Shown here piece after piece: positions 13,501 to 27,697 of a DNA stretch of 64,000 bases. The notes beneath the pieces were generated by a model. The model was not told where the DNA came from. It made no database searches and was given only the letters and a program-made list of their open reading frames with translations. The translations under genes were made by a program, and so were the position numbers. Position 1 is the stretch's first letter, and each line of letters begins with the position of its first letter. The DNA comes from Trichoplax adhaerens (Eukaryota; Animalia; Placozoa), in assembly GCF_000150275.1 (NCBI RefSeq), contig NW_002060955.1, forward strand, positions 1,566,732-1,630,731, given 5' to 3'.

Positions 13501-14267
13501 TTCTCGAGCAAATTTATTTTATTCAGCCTTTTCCTTATTACTAGGCTAAATAATGGCAATTCAATTAAATCATTCACATTCACTGATTTGGCTTTTGCTC
13601 AAAATTTGAATCTTAGCTATGGTTATTTTAAAACTATTCCTCCCAATATTTATTATTATCACTTACGGTAAGATTTAGATGCATGAGTATGCGCATAAAT
13701 TTCTTATATTGCTCAACAAGATTTAAGGATTAATTCTTACTAAAATTTGTTCTTCTTTCCGCTTAAGAATCGATGTATCTATTAGCACCTTCTCTTATTT
13801 AGTGAAGATAAGATTAACGGCTGTAATTAACCTTCACTTTGGACAAAACTAGAATCGTTTACGATATTGAATGATAGGGGAAATGCTCGCTTGTTATTCT
13901 TTATTAGAGTTCAGTGCAAAAGCAACCGGAAATTAAAATCCTTTAAGAGCCCTTATTAATGCTATAATATTATGCAGAGATATATGGTAAATTACGTTTG
14001 TTTAAATTACATTTGTCAGACCAGTAGCTTGTGTTGTAAACTTATATATCTAATAAGTGTGATCACATAGACAGTAACTATATACGAATGCATAGTGTAT
14101 TGGCCATATTTCTTGTTTTGATAAATTGTAATTGGTGACAGTTATGATGAATTATTTTAAATTAATACACTTTGTTTAAATAGATTTAGATCCGACAGGG
14201 AGGCAATATAAAAGCTGAGATTTACATGCTCTATAAAGTGTTATAGCAGGTATTGCACGTTCGAGCA

Positions 14268-14297
14268 CTAGATTAATATGTTCGCTTTACGCGAACA
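14268..14297 (-). mobile_element. Helitron-type 3' terminus
   Basis: The minus strand reads TGTTCGC-GTAAA-GCGAACA hairpin, 7 nt, CTAG, then T. The 5' end was not located. Confidence 0.5.
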
Positions 14298-15584
14298 AAC
14301 AAATTTATATCATTAGTGAAACTTTTAATAGAGATATTACTTAAGCGTTAAATGATAGCTTACGTTTTTCATTTTAATTGCACTATGGTAAAAAATATCA
14401 TATCAAAAACATTTTTGCCAATTCTACTTTCTCCGTAATATCGATTTTATTCACCATTTAGTATTGTTTGCATTTTGCTGGTTATTTCTGCAGACCTTCC
14501 TGTACAGTTCTCGCTTGAGTATTAGAGCACAGGTAAGTTCTATTTAAGAGATTAGTCTATTATTTTTAGAAATAGTAAATGTTTTGTTACGGACAATAAC
14601 ATCGAATTTTAAGCACAATAAAGGATTATAACGACCACTTGCCGCCAAAGTTATTGAGAAAAACATCAATTTAACGAGACGAAATTCTCTGATACGAGGT
14701 TCAATAAAGATTTTTATTTTAGAACTTGCTATAATGGTAAGATTAAGGAATGCAAATAAGCATAGAAATTAAACCAATGCCGATCAACATGCTAAATACT
14801 TTATACATATTGATTACTTGTAATCGATGCCGAATTGCTTAATTATATCCCTTTCGAACTTAATTCATTTAGTGAATTATAATGCATATGTAACGAAGCC
14901 TCTTAACATAAACGTGGTCTAGCAAGATAAAATTTTAATAATAGTCTGACTACTTTATAGTAGAACTGTAACGGTAGGCAATTTACACAGATCTAGAGGT
15001 GCGAAAAATAACTAAGAGAAATGACAATTCTGCTCACATGCTCTGCTTGTTTACATCAAGGAAATTACAAACAAAAACATAAGACAACATTGCTTATTAT
15101 CTAACAGGCTTTAAATACACATAATCTCAGTCGCAAATGGCGCTGATTACGGGAATAAGATTCATTTCCGGTTCCTTACCGAATAGGATTACTAGTACTG
15201 AAATAAGTTACTACAGACATAACTTCATGAAATAACCAATCAACAGTCTAGGGACTATCGCCTCTATAAGGATATTAGAATTAGTATATACTTAATAACC
15301 ATACACATTTACACAATCCTAAACAAAATCATCAAATAGCCTTTGTTGCATTTCTATTTATGTGACACAATGTGCGTGCGAAAAGCTTTATAATTATCCA
15401 AATTTAGTGTAAAACTAAAATTAGCATATCTATACTATCGCAAATATCGAATAAGATTCACTTATAAATGCTTACTTAATTATACTATTTTAACTTGTAT
15501 CTAATTTTACTTCTGCATAGATATTGACAATAACAATTAAATTCATGATCTTTACAGATGCTACTACAAAGCTTATATACGTAT

Positions 15585-16048
15585 TGTAGTGTATTTAGAA
15601 TGTACTGGAACTATATTCTAGTCTAAAACATAGACATGTTGTATTGATCTTATATTTAGATATATCTACAGTCTGTTCGCTCTACATTCAAATATGGCTT
15701 ACTACATTTAGTTATTACAGTCCTCGCTATTTTCTACAATCGTCTGCTATTCTATAACCTGTTATGGTATATGTTGTATCTAATCCTACAATTATGTTCT
15801 CTGCATGTGTTCTAATGCCATAGCTATAAATGCTGCCGTTTTCTACCTTAGATTTGTTAAGTTGCATTATTAGTCGCAGTTAGTATTCACACTGTACTCA
15901 CGGCAGCTACCACGCTGACCTACCGTAATTATCACACTGTACCTAACTACTATCTACAATAAAGTATCCTCTTTTCTTAAGCTCCTTGTGCAATTCTCTG
16001 CATTGCAACTAAAACCACATTATCTGACTCTTCGAACCCTCCATCACA
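15585..16048 (-). mobile_element. LTR-like element related to 7670-8009
   Basis: TG...CA ends flanked by CGTAT at 15580-15584 and 16049-16053, with homology to the 7.7-8.0 kb repeat. A TATA-like box just outside the left end makes that boundary uncertain. Confidence 0.55.
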
Positions 16049-16483
16049 CGTATATAGATATTATTGCATTTATTGACGTCATATATTTTACTTTAATAAC
16101 GCAATTATCTGTATCTCGCTTTTCTACAATTGCCAATAGACATTTTAACAAGAAATATATCAGTTTACTAAGGATCTAGAAAACTATTCTTTAAAAATAA
16201 ATAATTGTCGAATTAACTAAGAAACTAGAGGAGAATTTTGCTTGTTTTCAATAGGATCAGCTAATGGTTCTATACGTCAGTCCATTGCTTATTCTTACAA
16301 TTTTCATTATTACTAATAATCATAAAAATAGTAAATAAAATTACTGCTTTATTACTATTCAGAGCAATTTACAATTTCGTTCAAAACAGGTGAATGCTTG
16401 CAGTTTAAGATTAATCTTTACCAATGAATGGAGTTATCGATATTACTACGCAATATATTTCCGCATATTTATATAAGTAACAT

Positions 16484-17020
16484 TGTGACGGAGTACAGAC
16501 TCCGTAAATTAATCGTAGCGTTAGTTTCAGTAATTAAGATTTTATTAGTTGTTAATAACCTTTATTTATTAGGTACTCGTTAATTATAATTTTATTAGCA
16601 GTCTAATCATACTTGTTGTAGACTCTGTGCAGAATAGTTTACTTACAGAGGTGACAACTAATATTCACACGTAGTAATTTCTGTTACTTTATGCCGACCC
16701 TTTGATTGTTAATTGGCTCTTAATTAGTTCGTAACTCGTTAGTGTTGTTTACGCCGTCTGCCATACTAAACCATATAGACAGCCGGCTATACGAACCTAT
16801 ATATTTTTAGGGTTATTTGCCTAAGCTGTGCGCCGAGTGCAGCCGAGCTAGAGTATATAAAGCCCGGTGCTTTCATTAGCTAGTGAGTTGATGACGATTG
16901 ACCGTGTAGTGTACGTGTGTAATTAGAGTAGTCTTGGATATCAAGACTACCTTGGTTTAATAAACTAATTTAAAAGCCTAAGTTTAGTCTGCTCTTAGCT
17001 TTTCTTGAGCTGACACGACA
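16484..17020 (+). mobile_element. Solo LTR, 537 bp
   Basis: TGTGACG...CACGACA, perfect 5-bp TSD AACAT (16479-16483, 17021-17025), TATATAAA at 16854, AATAAA at 16959. Confidence 0.9.
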
Positions 17021-17625
17021 AACATTAATGATATTCACCATCCTTAATTATATAATTACTTGATAAAATTTTTGCGTCATTTTGTATTTCATTATGGTGT
17101 ATTGGGTGAAAAGTTAGGTAGATGAAATAATTTAAACTGTCACATATTCACAGCAGTCCTATTGAACGCATACAGAAAGTTTATACTACACTACAAGATT
17201 TCAAATATACTTTAAAATTCAAAGCAGTGTTTTCTTAGCCCAACCTCAGCAGAACTAAACACAAGTGAGTATACAGAAACGACATTTCGGATTTGTAAGC
17301 CAAGTTTAAAGTAGCTGCTTATTGTTCAAATCTTTTTAGTTTCATACTATTCAATTCATACTTTAGCCCGAATAATGTAAAGCAACATTGGCATCATACA
17401 AGGCTGGAAAGGACAAAAAAAACGTCTGATTAGACTAGATTAAACTATTCTACCTTACTGTATTATCTCCCTTAGTAAAAACAAATTAGCGGTAAATTTG
17501 CTGGCAGTAATTAACTATTAATGTATTTATGTAAAATTAAAAGCAATTTAAAAGGTCACTATGTATCGTCCTCTTGTAAAAATAATTTTCAAACATTAAA
17601 TTTGAAATCTTTATGTATAAGATCC

Positions 17626-18175
17626 TGTTACGGTGTTGCCTTGTCATTAGGATAGTTTAATAAGTACAGTAGTAGCTAGTATGGAGAATATCTATATTTG
17701 TAGTGCTAGGTAAGATAAGTAATGCCTTAACTTGGATGATGTTTGTAATAGTTCATTACATATTTGATATTGATTGTTATTGTGTGATAGATAGCATTAA
17801 GATGATTCAAGTTCTAGTTGATGATAGCTGAATTAGACAACCTACGAGCTTACACTAAGATTAAGTATGAGTAAGACATTCAAAATATTTACTGATAGAA
17901 AAGCTATGTAAGGAACATCTCAGTTCGAGATATTTCTCCTAGTAAGGTATAATAATAATACTGTTGTTGTTTGCAAATTAGACGGTTCCTATATAAACGG
18001 GAACATTTGAGCTGAGTGGTGTGGTAAAAAGTTGCAGATGTACTGTATCTCAGCTAATAGAAGTTTCATCTTTACAGTCTTTTGCTATGTGCATTTACGC
18101 TAAGGGCGTTTAAGTCAGCAGTTACTTATAGACTTTTACTGTACGTTACCTTTTCGCAGAAGTGAAAATGTGACA
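17626..18175 (+). mobile_element. Solo LTR, 550 bp
   Basis: TGTTAC...GTGACA, perfect 5-bp TSD GATCC (17621-17625, 18176-18180), TATATAAA at 17990. Confidence 0.9.
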
Positions 18176-19485
18176 GATCCATTTTGATATTAACTGATGT
18201 CCGTATCCGTCTTTGAACTGGAACGTTTGCTAATGAATAACAATTTTACATGTCAAGGATTTCAATTATCCTTATTTCCAAGAAACACGTAAACAAAAAT
18301 ATATATCCAAATTAGGAGATTATTCATAAAGCTAGTGATATTTACATTAATTTAAAAATAAGCTGGCTTAGTATTTTTAGCATTAATTAAAACTCAAAGA
18401 AATCTTACTAATCAGTTCATAAGTGGTGCTAGATATTATATTATGTTACTTGACAATGTACGTGCACGGTCCGTTTCAGGAACGGATCTAAGTCCTTTAT
18501 TTAAATTCTTAAGGCAATTTTGCTAATGCTATCTTTAAATAAAGTGGTTCAGACTCGTATGTATAATGTTTATATATAATTGAGGTTATAGAATTCAAAA
18601 AATAGATAAGAATAATTTAGTCTATTAGTTGACCCCCAGTTCTTGAATATATAATAAAATTAAAATTATTTAAAATTTGGCCCTATAACAGTCATTGATT
18701 CCTTCAGCAAGCAATTACATCCTAAAAAATCACAAGAAAGAGTTGATTGTTTACAATCTTTTAAATTACGTATCGAATAAGTCTACGCATAACGTAGCAT
18801 TGAAATAAACTTAATTTTAATCAATCTTCTAGAATATATGTTTTATGAAAGGCTCACAAATACGAATTTTAATTCGAAAAAATTTAATTTCACAAAATTT
18901 TCATTAAGCGTCTGTCAATGACTCAACGGAAATAGTAATGGCTGCAATACCGATAATGATGACATTATTTTTAAATACTTCATTCCATCCTTTTACCCCG
19001 AAGATACCATATCTTTAAGCTCTACCCTACTTTTCAGCTACTGGTGGTGAATATATATTACAATTTGTATATTTCCACCAGATACAATCCTTATTTGTAG
19101 TAAGGTCATAATCATAATTACGCTATATCAGTTGTATTTAGGTATCCACCATGAGTATTGATGCTCTTCCGGTCGAGAAATTTTCACTCTTACATCTCTC
19201 CTTCATTGCGTTCTTGTACTTTATTACAAAATTAAAGCAAATATGCAAATTTAGTTATACAACACAGCAAATCAATACTATCGGTCATAGGGTTGAGAGC
19301 ATAGGAAATAGAGCACCTTTTCTTTGTCATATTGTCTTTTTACAACTGGCTACATAATTGGGTAATTTTGTTTTGTTTTCTATTAGTATTTATGACATCA
19401 ACTAGAACCTACGTGACCTCTAATTTCAAATGCAAACGGATTATAGCTTAAGACAACTGTACACAGCACAATTATATAATGCAGG

Positions 19486-19927
19486 TGTCACAAACCAGCT
19501 TCGTGACAAGGATAACGTAAAACAAATCTCTAAATTACTATAGTCTCCGGGATTCAGTATCCCTTAACTACCTCACAAGAATTTAGACGCCTTTGCTTCT
19601 ACGTTAAACTCAATTAGATAATTGAGAACTGCTTTATTCAACTATCTGACGGGCTTATATGCCCTTCTACAGCAGCTAACATTCACGAGTTATCTTATAA
19701 AAATACTTAGGTGAGAACATCTACTAACTAGTTTTTCACAGTCGGACTATAATATGTCCATTCACAGAATCATTGCAGTACACATTACAGCACAGCATTA
19801 AATTTACTGTAACACATTTATAATTAGAGTAATTCCTATTGTAAGGAACTAGATGTAATATATTATCACTATATTATATTAACCAAATTTAGATAGCTAT
19901 TTCTTCACGGTAGTTCGTACCGTGACA
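19486..19927 (-). mobile_element. Solo LTR, 442 bp
   Basis: TGTCAC...GTGACA, perfect 5-bp TSD GCAGG (19481-19485, 19928-19932). Minus-strand CATATAAG followed by AATAAA. Second family member at 9.2-9.4 kb. Confidence 0.92.
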
Positions 19928-20977
19928 GCAGGCTATACCAATTTCAAGTAAAGTCTGATGCGTTAATTTTATATGTAATAGATAATTATCTTAGAATTTA
20001 ATATAATTTTCGAGATAAAGACCTTCAGCATGTAAGCAAAATGATAATACCAATCACAGCTATTTAGGATATCCTTTTAAATCTGAGCCGACGAATAAGA
20101 GTACAAGTCAGCATGATGATATCGTATGTTTCATATTATTGAAAGAAATTTAAGCAAAATTAACTGAAAAGATCTATACGACTACTTGCAAAAAGTCGAA
20201 GTAGTATATAATTGAGTCCTATAATTACTTTTATATTTTGTTATCGTATCATATATTATCAGCAGCTGCAATCTAAATACAGTACTAGAAATAGGTATTC
20301 TTACATTGTCTCCTTTATTCAATTATATAGAATTGAAAATATCCATTTCATAATTATGGCCTTTGTCGACCTTCAGGTTATTGATGTTAAAAATGTAATA
20401 CCAAGGTAAGTTCATATAGTAATACAAATAAAATTTATGAAAGAAAACTTAACAACTGACGGTTATAATTAGAATTTTACGATCATTACATGCAATCGGA
20501 TAAGATTTAAATCAACATAAAATATCGATATATCAATTTAGATGCACAAAATACGGTGTTCAAATAAGAGAATTTCACAGTTTTCGATTTCGTATCACTT
20601 ATGGACTTAGCAGACATTCTAGATTAATTATTAAAAAAGCAACAACAAGTATTCTACCAGACCTGTATTTTATTGATAAATTTTTAATTCAATTTTTTAT
20701 CTTTTATTAAAGTAGAGTAATCAACAATTCCATTCTATAAGGTGGAATTGTTCTGAAACGTCATTGTTACTGCACAACACTGTCAATCAGCTTTGGCTCT
20801 ACAATTAATTGAATCCTTTATTAACTACGTTCTTTCAATTAATATGTAGAAAATACCAGTGGATAGATTTAGTAGATTAGTATAATAAGTCTATCATCGC
20901 GTACTTTTAACAAGCAGTTAGAATCTTCGTTATCAAGACGTTCTAAGCACGTAAATCTTTATGACCTTTGGAAATTC

Positions 20978-22003
20978 ATGATGAATAACAGCAATGTAAA
21001 TCAATCAATGCAACAATTTTACAACACTGTTTATTCTTATGCTGCTATTGGTGCAATCCCTATTACAGTTGTTGGGTTAATCGCTAATATCTTTTTATTA
21101 ATTCTCTTTATAACTGATAAATATTTTCGCAAGGCAACATATGATTTACTATTAATTTCAATTTGCTCAGATATCATTGCTAACATCACTTCATTGATTA
21201 CCTTTATCCAGATCGCTATACATCATCATGATTATCACAGTGGGTCACTAATGTGTCGCTATTATGTTTATATTTATGCTAGCTCTTACGGCATATCCAT
21301 TTCGACCTTAACATTACTTGCTATCGATAGATATTATGCTATTATTAGGCCATTATCGCCATTTTATCGAATCTATCGACGCCAATTTTTGATCACATGT
21401 GAAATAGGAATATGGATATTGTCCTTATTAATCCATATTCCAACATTTTTCTACATGTCAGTCCATCGACAAGATACACTTTTGTGCGATTTTCCCGACA
21501 TAACCAATTCAGTTTCGGCCTATTTGATATCATTTGTATTAATTGACAATATTTTACCATCGTCAATTATTAGCATCACTTACGGAAGAATTATTATTCA
21601 TCAAAATAATTATGTACAACCAGGACAAATGGGACGAAACCAACTCCAAAATGATATTAATAAGCGTCAATTAACTAAAATGTTAGGAACTATCAGCTTC
21701 TTCTATGTAATAACTACTATACCGACATCCTTTGTCTTTCTTGGTTCAGCTATTACGCAAAAATCGTTACTCAAAATTCGCCAAGATAGTTTAGTAGCTT
21801 TTTTATTGATATTTTTCTCTATCTCTGTTACAGCCAGTATTTCAACAATCAATCCCTTTTTATATCTTGCATTTGATAAAAAACTAAGCAAAAAAGCATT
21901 AACAAGATTAGGAGCCATTCGCAATTTTATCTACGAAAAGACCATATCGACCCGGGCAGTTTTTAATAATTCAGGTCAAACACCAACAGCAGCATCAACT
22001 TAA
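20978..22003 (+). CDS. Intronless class A orphan GPCR, copy 3, 341 aa
   Basis: 7TM pattern, IDRY, NPFLY, and family motifs shared with copy 1 (LLC in ECL2, RIIIHQxNYxxPG, AITQKS). Confidence 0.95.
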   Translation: MMNNSNVNQSMQQFYNTVYSYAAIGAIPITVVGLIANIFLLILFITDKYFRKATYDLLLISICSDIIANITSLITFIQIAIHHHDYHSGSLMCRYYVYIYASSYGISISTLTLLAIDRYYAIIRPLSPFYRIYRRQFLITCEIGIWILSLLIHIPTFFYMSVHRQDTLLCDFPDITNSVSAYLISFVLIDNILPSSIISITYGRIIIHQNNYVQPGQMGRNQLQNDINKRQLTKMLGTISFFYVITTIPTSFVFLGSAITQKSLLKIRQDSLVAFLLIFFSISVTASISTINPFLYLAFDKKLSKKALTRLGAIRNFIYEKTISTRAVFNNSGQTPTAAST

Positions 22004-25000
22004 TTACGTTTTGCTTTTAAAAAGCAATGGCATGAAAAATATATCTACGATCACAGTTAAAAACTTCAATCTAAAATTTTAACCATTCCTTATAGCATTT
22101 CAAACAGTGATGAATTCGTGTTGTGTTCAATTTCGGAATTTATTGTAAAATTATTCTTTTAGTATGGCTTTATTCCGCCAAAAATATAATGATGAAAAAT
22201 AGAGTCAACTTTTCGACCTAATCAGACTTTTACAACTTTTTTTACATAACTTTATGATTAAAATTAGCCTCAGAATTACAATAAAATTCATGCGTAAAGA
22301 AAATTAAACTAATAACTTGGTTTTAACACAACTTCTTTACATTTTTTGTTAGTAATTAATAGTATAAGATAAATCTCTAACAAATAGAACATTTACTTTT
22401 TGAACAGCATTTTATTTGGAACTACTATATCATTTATAAGGTTATAATAATTAATCACGTTTGTAATGTATGTTTTAACCGTAGTAATTCATTCCTTCAT
22501 TCGTTAGTGTCGCTAACCAATGCATAGGAATGTCGTAATAATAGTGATTGTAATCAATATCCTTTTAAGAAATAATCAGCAAGCTCATAAATGCTTATTG
22601 TAATGATTTATTAAATATTAATACAAAGTGGTTCAAGAATCTTCCTTATTCAGATATTAATCATATAATTTCGAACAAATTGATATGTTAAATTGATCAC
22701 TGATATAACAAGCCCAACTGGCGATTATACGCAATCGAAAATAAAGCCATGACTATAATTCTGGCAAATCAGTATAGATCTCAACAAAAATAATAGTGCA
22801 CTTAAATCTTAAATCGATTTATTACGTTGCTTAGTACAACCTACTATACAGTACAACTGCATCAGTACAGTGAAGATGTGGGCTAGGCAAATAATCGTAA
22901 GGTTATACCAGTCAGTTATCAGAATAGATAACAAATTGAAGCAACCATATTAGTAATGATTGTAGAAGAAGTTATCCATAACTGATAGAATAGAATACAT
23001 TTTCTATCCAAAGCTAATCTGGAAGAATCATATTAATTTAAGAACAATTTGCATTAAGGAAAACGAGAATGCTCACTAATCTTCACAGTTGGCCTTAATT
23101 TTTTTTTCTTCACCTTGAATTTGATAAATAAATAAATGTTGGCGGTATCCGTGGTACCAAAACTCATTTTATGCCAATTGATTAAGATGGTGCTTGCAAA
23201 AAATTTACTAACTTCAAATTCACGAATAGTACCGGTAGCGCTTTAGAGAATACCTCAGAAGCGTGTTTAATACATTGGTGATACAAGTGTGAATGGGTTC
23301 CGATATTAATTAATTAACACTAATCCCACCATTTTCGCATGGCAGGTTAAGTGCTGTACAATTTCATGCCCATTTTGTTATTTGCCTTTATTTAAAAGAA
23401 CAATTAAAGGTAACTGCGACAATTTGTGACCTACTACATAATTATTATAATCGATTTACCAATTTTATCAAACATGCATATGTAGGTGCATGAGAGTGGA
23501 AAAAGAAACTGAAGACATTAAAGTTCTAGACATTATTCATATCTTTAGAAGTAGATGTTTGAATTTTCCATTCTTTTTGATTTTAATCTACCTACATTGT
23601 GAGACTATTATGAGAAAATAGAAATTTGCTGTAAATTACTACTTAACAACAGGATTACGTAAATTACCATAGATCAAACGCTTACCAAAAATGGTACTCA
23701 TTAAAAAAAACAAGGTATTGGAACTGGTTGTTATAAAACTCGAAGTATTTCTACTATCTCTAGTAGAATTAAGACATATGGACCGGAAATTATTTTTATA
23801 AATTAAATTAATTAGATCATTTTGGCCATATTTTAACGTGATTATTTCCTTTGCCGATCCTACCGAAGTTGTTGCATTTCTACGTACTTCTGAATCACTC
23901 CCATACTATTCTACAATTCCTGTACATGGCTAACTAGCCAAATCACAGCAGCATCATCATCAACGTAATTTTATGTTACACATTTTGATAATACCATAAA
24001 TAACTAAATCCTAAAGTGATGCAACGTACCTGTGATTATTTCTCTAATCCGATGCTTTACTTACAAAATAAGAAAGTTAATTGAAAATTGTCTATATACG
24101 GTACCAAAAGTAAAGTTTATTATAAGCACTGAATTGTTTTCATGTGTCGCAAGGGTGCTTGTGGCATAGAGAAATTAATGTAAATACATTCCTAGATATG
24201 TTATCTTATGGAATCTACGTTACATTAATTGTCATTATCACAAAAATTAGTTAAGATAAGAGTAGCGATTGCAATTTAAAGAATATTGAAATATGCAAAA
24301 CCAGATATCGGAACAGAATTTATTATAACCTCTATAGATGAAATGTACGGGCTCTTTATTAACAGTCACAAAAATATCAAGAGGCAACTTCGTTTACAAC
24401 CTTCATATTGCCAAGAGAAGGATTGAGTGTGCAATTTTATCATGGCAATCCTCACGAAAGCTTCGTGAAATATTTTATTTAAGAAATCTATACCTTGAAA
24501 CGTGATGATAGACAATGGCTGCTAAGCATTATCAAAATATTAATTATAGTCCTATTTTAATGATAAGGGAACTCATATCGACGTTTAACAATCGTATTAC
24601 ATCAATAACGCTTGCAAGATATACATTATGCTATACAGACAGAATGCAGTCCAAACTTTGTACTCTTAAAGCTTTTAAGAAGAAAGGAGGAAAAGTTACT
24701 ATGCCTTCTACTTCGAATTAAATATGATTCAACAGCAGCAGCGACATAAGTTAGCAAAATCGTAACACCATTTTGTATTCCTAAAAAGTGGAAGTTAACT
24801 TCCCAGGAGAAATTTCAATATTAGCTATATGTCTGTAAATCAAATGCAAATTCTTCTGGATATTCTTAACGTCAGCATTTGATAGGATTTTTTTAAATAG
24901 TAATATTATTCGGTAAATCAGTAAAGGAAAGGTAGCCATAAAAAAAATTAAATATCACTCACACCTTTCGTTAAATATTTAGTATTTAATGAACGTGCAG

Positions 25001-26662
25001 AACAGTAGCGATTGCTATGTTAATTTCGAGGAAATCTATTCAATGCTGCGGAACATGAAATACTGGCACAATAGACTTTGGTTTCATTAACCTATGCCAC
25101 ATACATTGTTCAAATGTAAATTATGAACAGTATCGATATTTTATGCAAAGTACCGGCAGAGATTTAAATTATTCATTACATGTTCAGAAATATGTTTTTC
25201 TTTCCGTTTAAGCTATCAAGTCCTGACAGAAATTTACTCCTTATTATTAAATGAACGTTATTTATAAGAATGATAGCATAAATAACATAGTTTTTCGCAT
25301 TTTCAGTATCTTTTCATAGATTGAGCAAGGTAATTCATTATATTGAATAGAAACTATTTTTAAATACCGGTAGTTAGAAAGATGATTAAATAAAAAACGC
25401 AGAATTAATGAAATTTAAGGCTAGATAATTCGCTATTCATTACCAATAACAGATAGTATGACAGCCTTAAATTTATAAAAGTTATTTATCGCTTAGGCAT
25501 ACAACGATTGTTAATTTAAATCAAATACTTTTAATGAATGTTAATGAACTATTGCTATAGGTACAACACAATATCTTAAGTTAAGATGATACTGGAACAA
25601 ACACACCCAGAATCGCTATTTGACTGTTTATTAAAAAAGTAGATATTACACCAATTACTTTCATAGCTGCCAATAGCTGTCGCCTTGATTGGCATTTCAT
25701 CTATTCTTACTATTTTAGCATTATTTCAATACGTGTAATATGACAGCAGATTTTCTAAAAACATCTTTAACTTACAAAGTCAAAAATTAGAAATGAAATT
25801 CTTATCTACTTTCCTTATACGAGTGATTTATACAAGATCATTTTTACAGATTGTTCTGATGGTAATTAAGGCAACAAATTCCAGAAACATAGAGCCACAC
25901 CTTAGAAATAGCATTCATTTTAAGATCTCGATGTGATTAGCTAGAAATAATAATCTTAGCAAACTTTTGCGAATACTTTACTTTTAGCTTGTTTATTCGA
26001 CTATTTACACTACTACCCGTTGAATCATATAATAAATAGTTATACAGTAAACATAGCATAATAGCACTTTGTGTCATTAGCATATTAAGAGCTTTTGCTA
26101 CACAAATTGAGTAACATGATTTTAAATTAAGACATGCAGTAACGGACAACAATCATCCTGATGAATCACAATTACGTTCAAAATAGGTAATATTGTATGT
26201 ATTAATTTATTCTATCGTTCAGTAAGCCTTTAGACCTCAATAATTAATAGACATTGCTAGCTATTCATAATCATAGTCATCCCAGATATCATAAGAATAG
26301 AAAACAATAACCAAAGCTATTATTTCGAGCGCTTGATAAGCAATATCTTCCGTATTCGTACAAGTCTAGTCAATAGTTTAATACAGAAGATTGTCCAGAT
26401 CAGATTATATGTTTTCAGGCATCTTTTTATTTTAATAGATGATTAGTTATTTACAACTGTAATTATGGCTAAAGATGAAGTCTATGCTTCAAGTAGCAAT
26501 TAGAAAAATTTATCTTTCCTCAATACTTTCAGTCTTTATTATTTTCATCTACCTGGCAATTCACTTGCTTTAAGCATAAAAACTTTACTCTTTAAACAAT
26601 TCCAGCATCAGTTAGGCTAATAAAAAAATCTAGTTATCAATCTTCATAATTACTACAGGAAC

Positions 26663-27697
26663 ATGAATGGTAGTTTCCAACGAAAGGCTATCATCTCAGC
26701 AATCTATACTTATGGTTCTATTATTGCCATCGTCTTATTTTCTATCGGACTGATGGCTAACATCTTCCTACTTTATATATTTACTTTCGAAAAATATTTT
26801 CACAAATCAACGTATCAGCTTATGTTAGTATCATGTATCTCCGACATTGTATCGATGATATGTTCCCTCCATGCTTATACCCAAGCGGTGCTGAATGTAC
26901 TTGATTACTATAAAGGAACCATCATATGCAAAGCTGTTATGTACGTGGTAGGAACGTCTTATACCTTTCCATTTTGAATTTATGCTTGATTGCTATAGAT
27001 CGATACTTCACAGTCGTCCGATTACAGGTGAGATGGTATCGTATTCATAAGAAACGAATTCTTGTTTTTACTGAACTGATGATATGGACTTTAGCGGCAA
27101 CAGTTCGTTTTCCTCTCGTTTTTTATGTCGGGGTAAATAAGACAGATAATATCTTGTCTGATCTTCCTATTATTACGAGCGCGATTTCTGTTTAATTTTT
27201 TGTCTTAGTTTTGATATGCTACATTATCCCGTCCACAATTATTGAATTAATATATTGGCGAATTATTCTTCATCAGAAATCATACATTCGACCTGGACAA
27301 ATTACAAATCAGCAACGCAACGGCGCCTACAGCAAGCATATAAACGGAAATTTATCAGAATGCTAGCCATTATTGCCGCATGTTATATTTTGGCTACATG
27401 GCCTATGTTTGTCACATTGATGAGTAATGGCCAAATGTTACCTGGCCAATGTCGGCAATGAGATGGACAGTACGACAGTCAGGTATTGGCTGGCCATTGC
27501 CGACATTGGTCAGGTAACGTTCGGCCAATTTCGGCTATGAGATTACGGTTATTAATCCGCTTTTATATATTAAATTCGACCAAAATATTCGTCGGAAAGT
27601 CTTTAAACTCTTTCATTCATTAGGCTTTGCGATCCTTAAAGATCAGCAATCAACAACTGTTGTATCAGTATCGAATAGAGAATCTAATCCACTTTAG
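26663..27697 (+). pseudogene. GPCR pseudogene, copy 4
   Basis: ORF fragments are collinear with copy 5. Frameshift at ~26965, TAA at 27193, frameshift at ~27320, ECL3/TM7 replaced by a hairpin. The tail ITVINPLLYIKFDQNIRR..SNPL* ends at 27697. Confidence 0.92.
27428..27543. repeat. GC-rich inverted-repeat insertion inside GPCR pseudogene
   Basis: TGGCCAAATGTTACCTGGCCAATGTCGGCAATG (27428-27460) pairs with CATTGCCGACATTGGTCAGGTAACGTTCGGCCA (27495-27527). Confidence 0.85.

Noticed and set aside
18900-19360. Possible decayed coding sequence on the minus strand; similar patches at 5.9-6.3, 23.1-23.4 and 24.3-24.7 kb
   Set aside because: Multiple stops and no family recognisable by eye; needs blastx.
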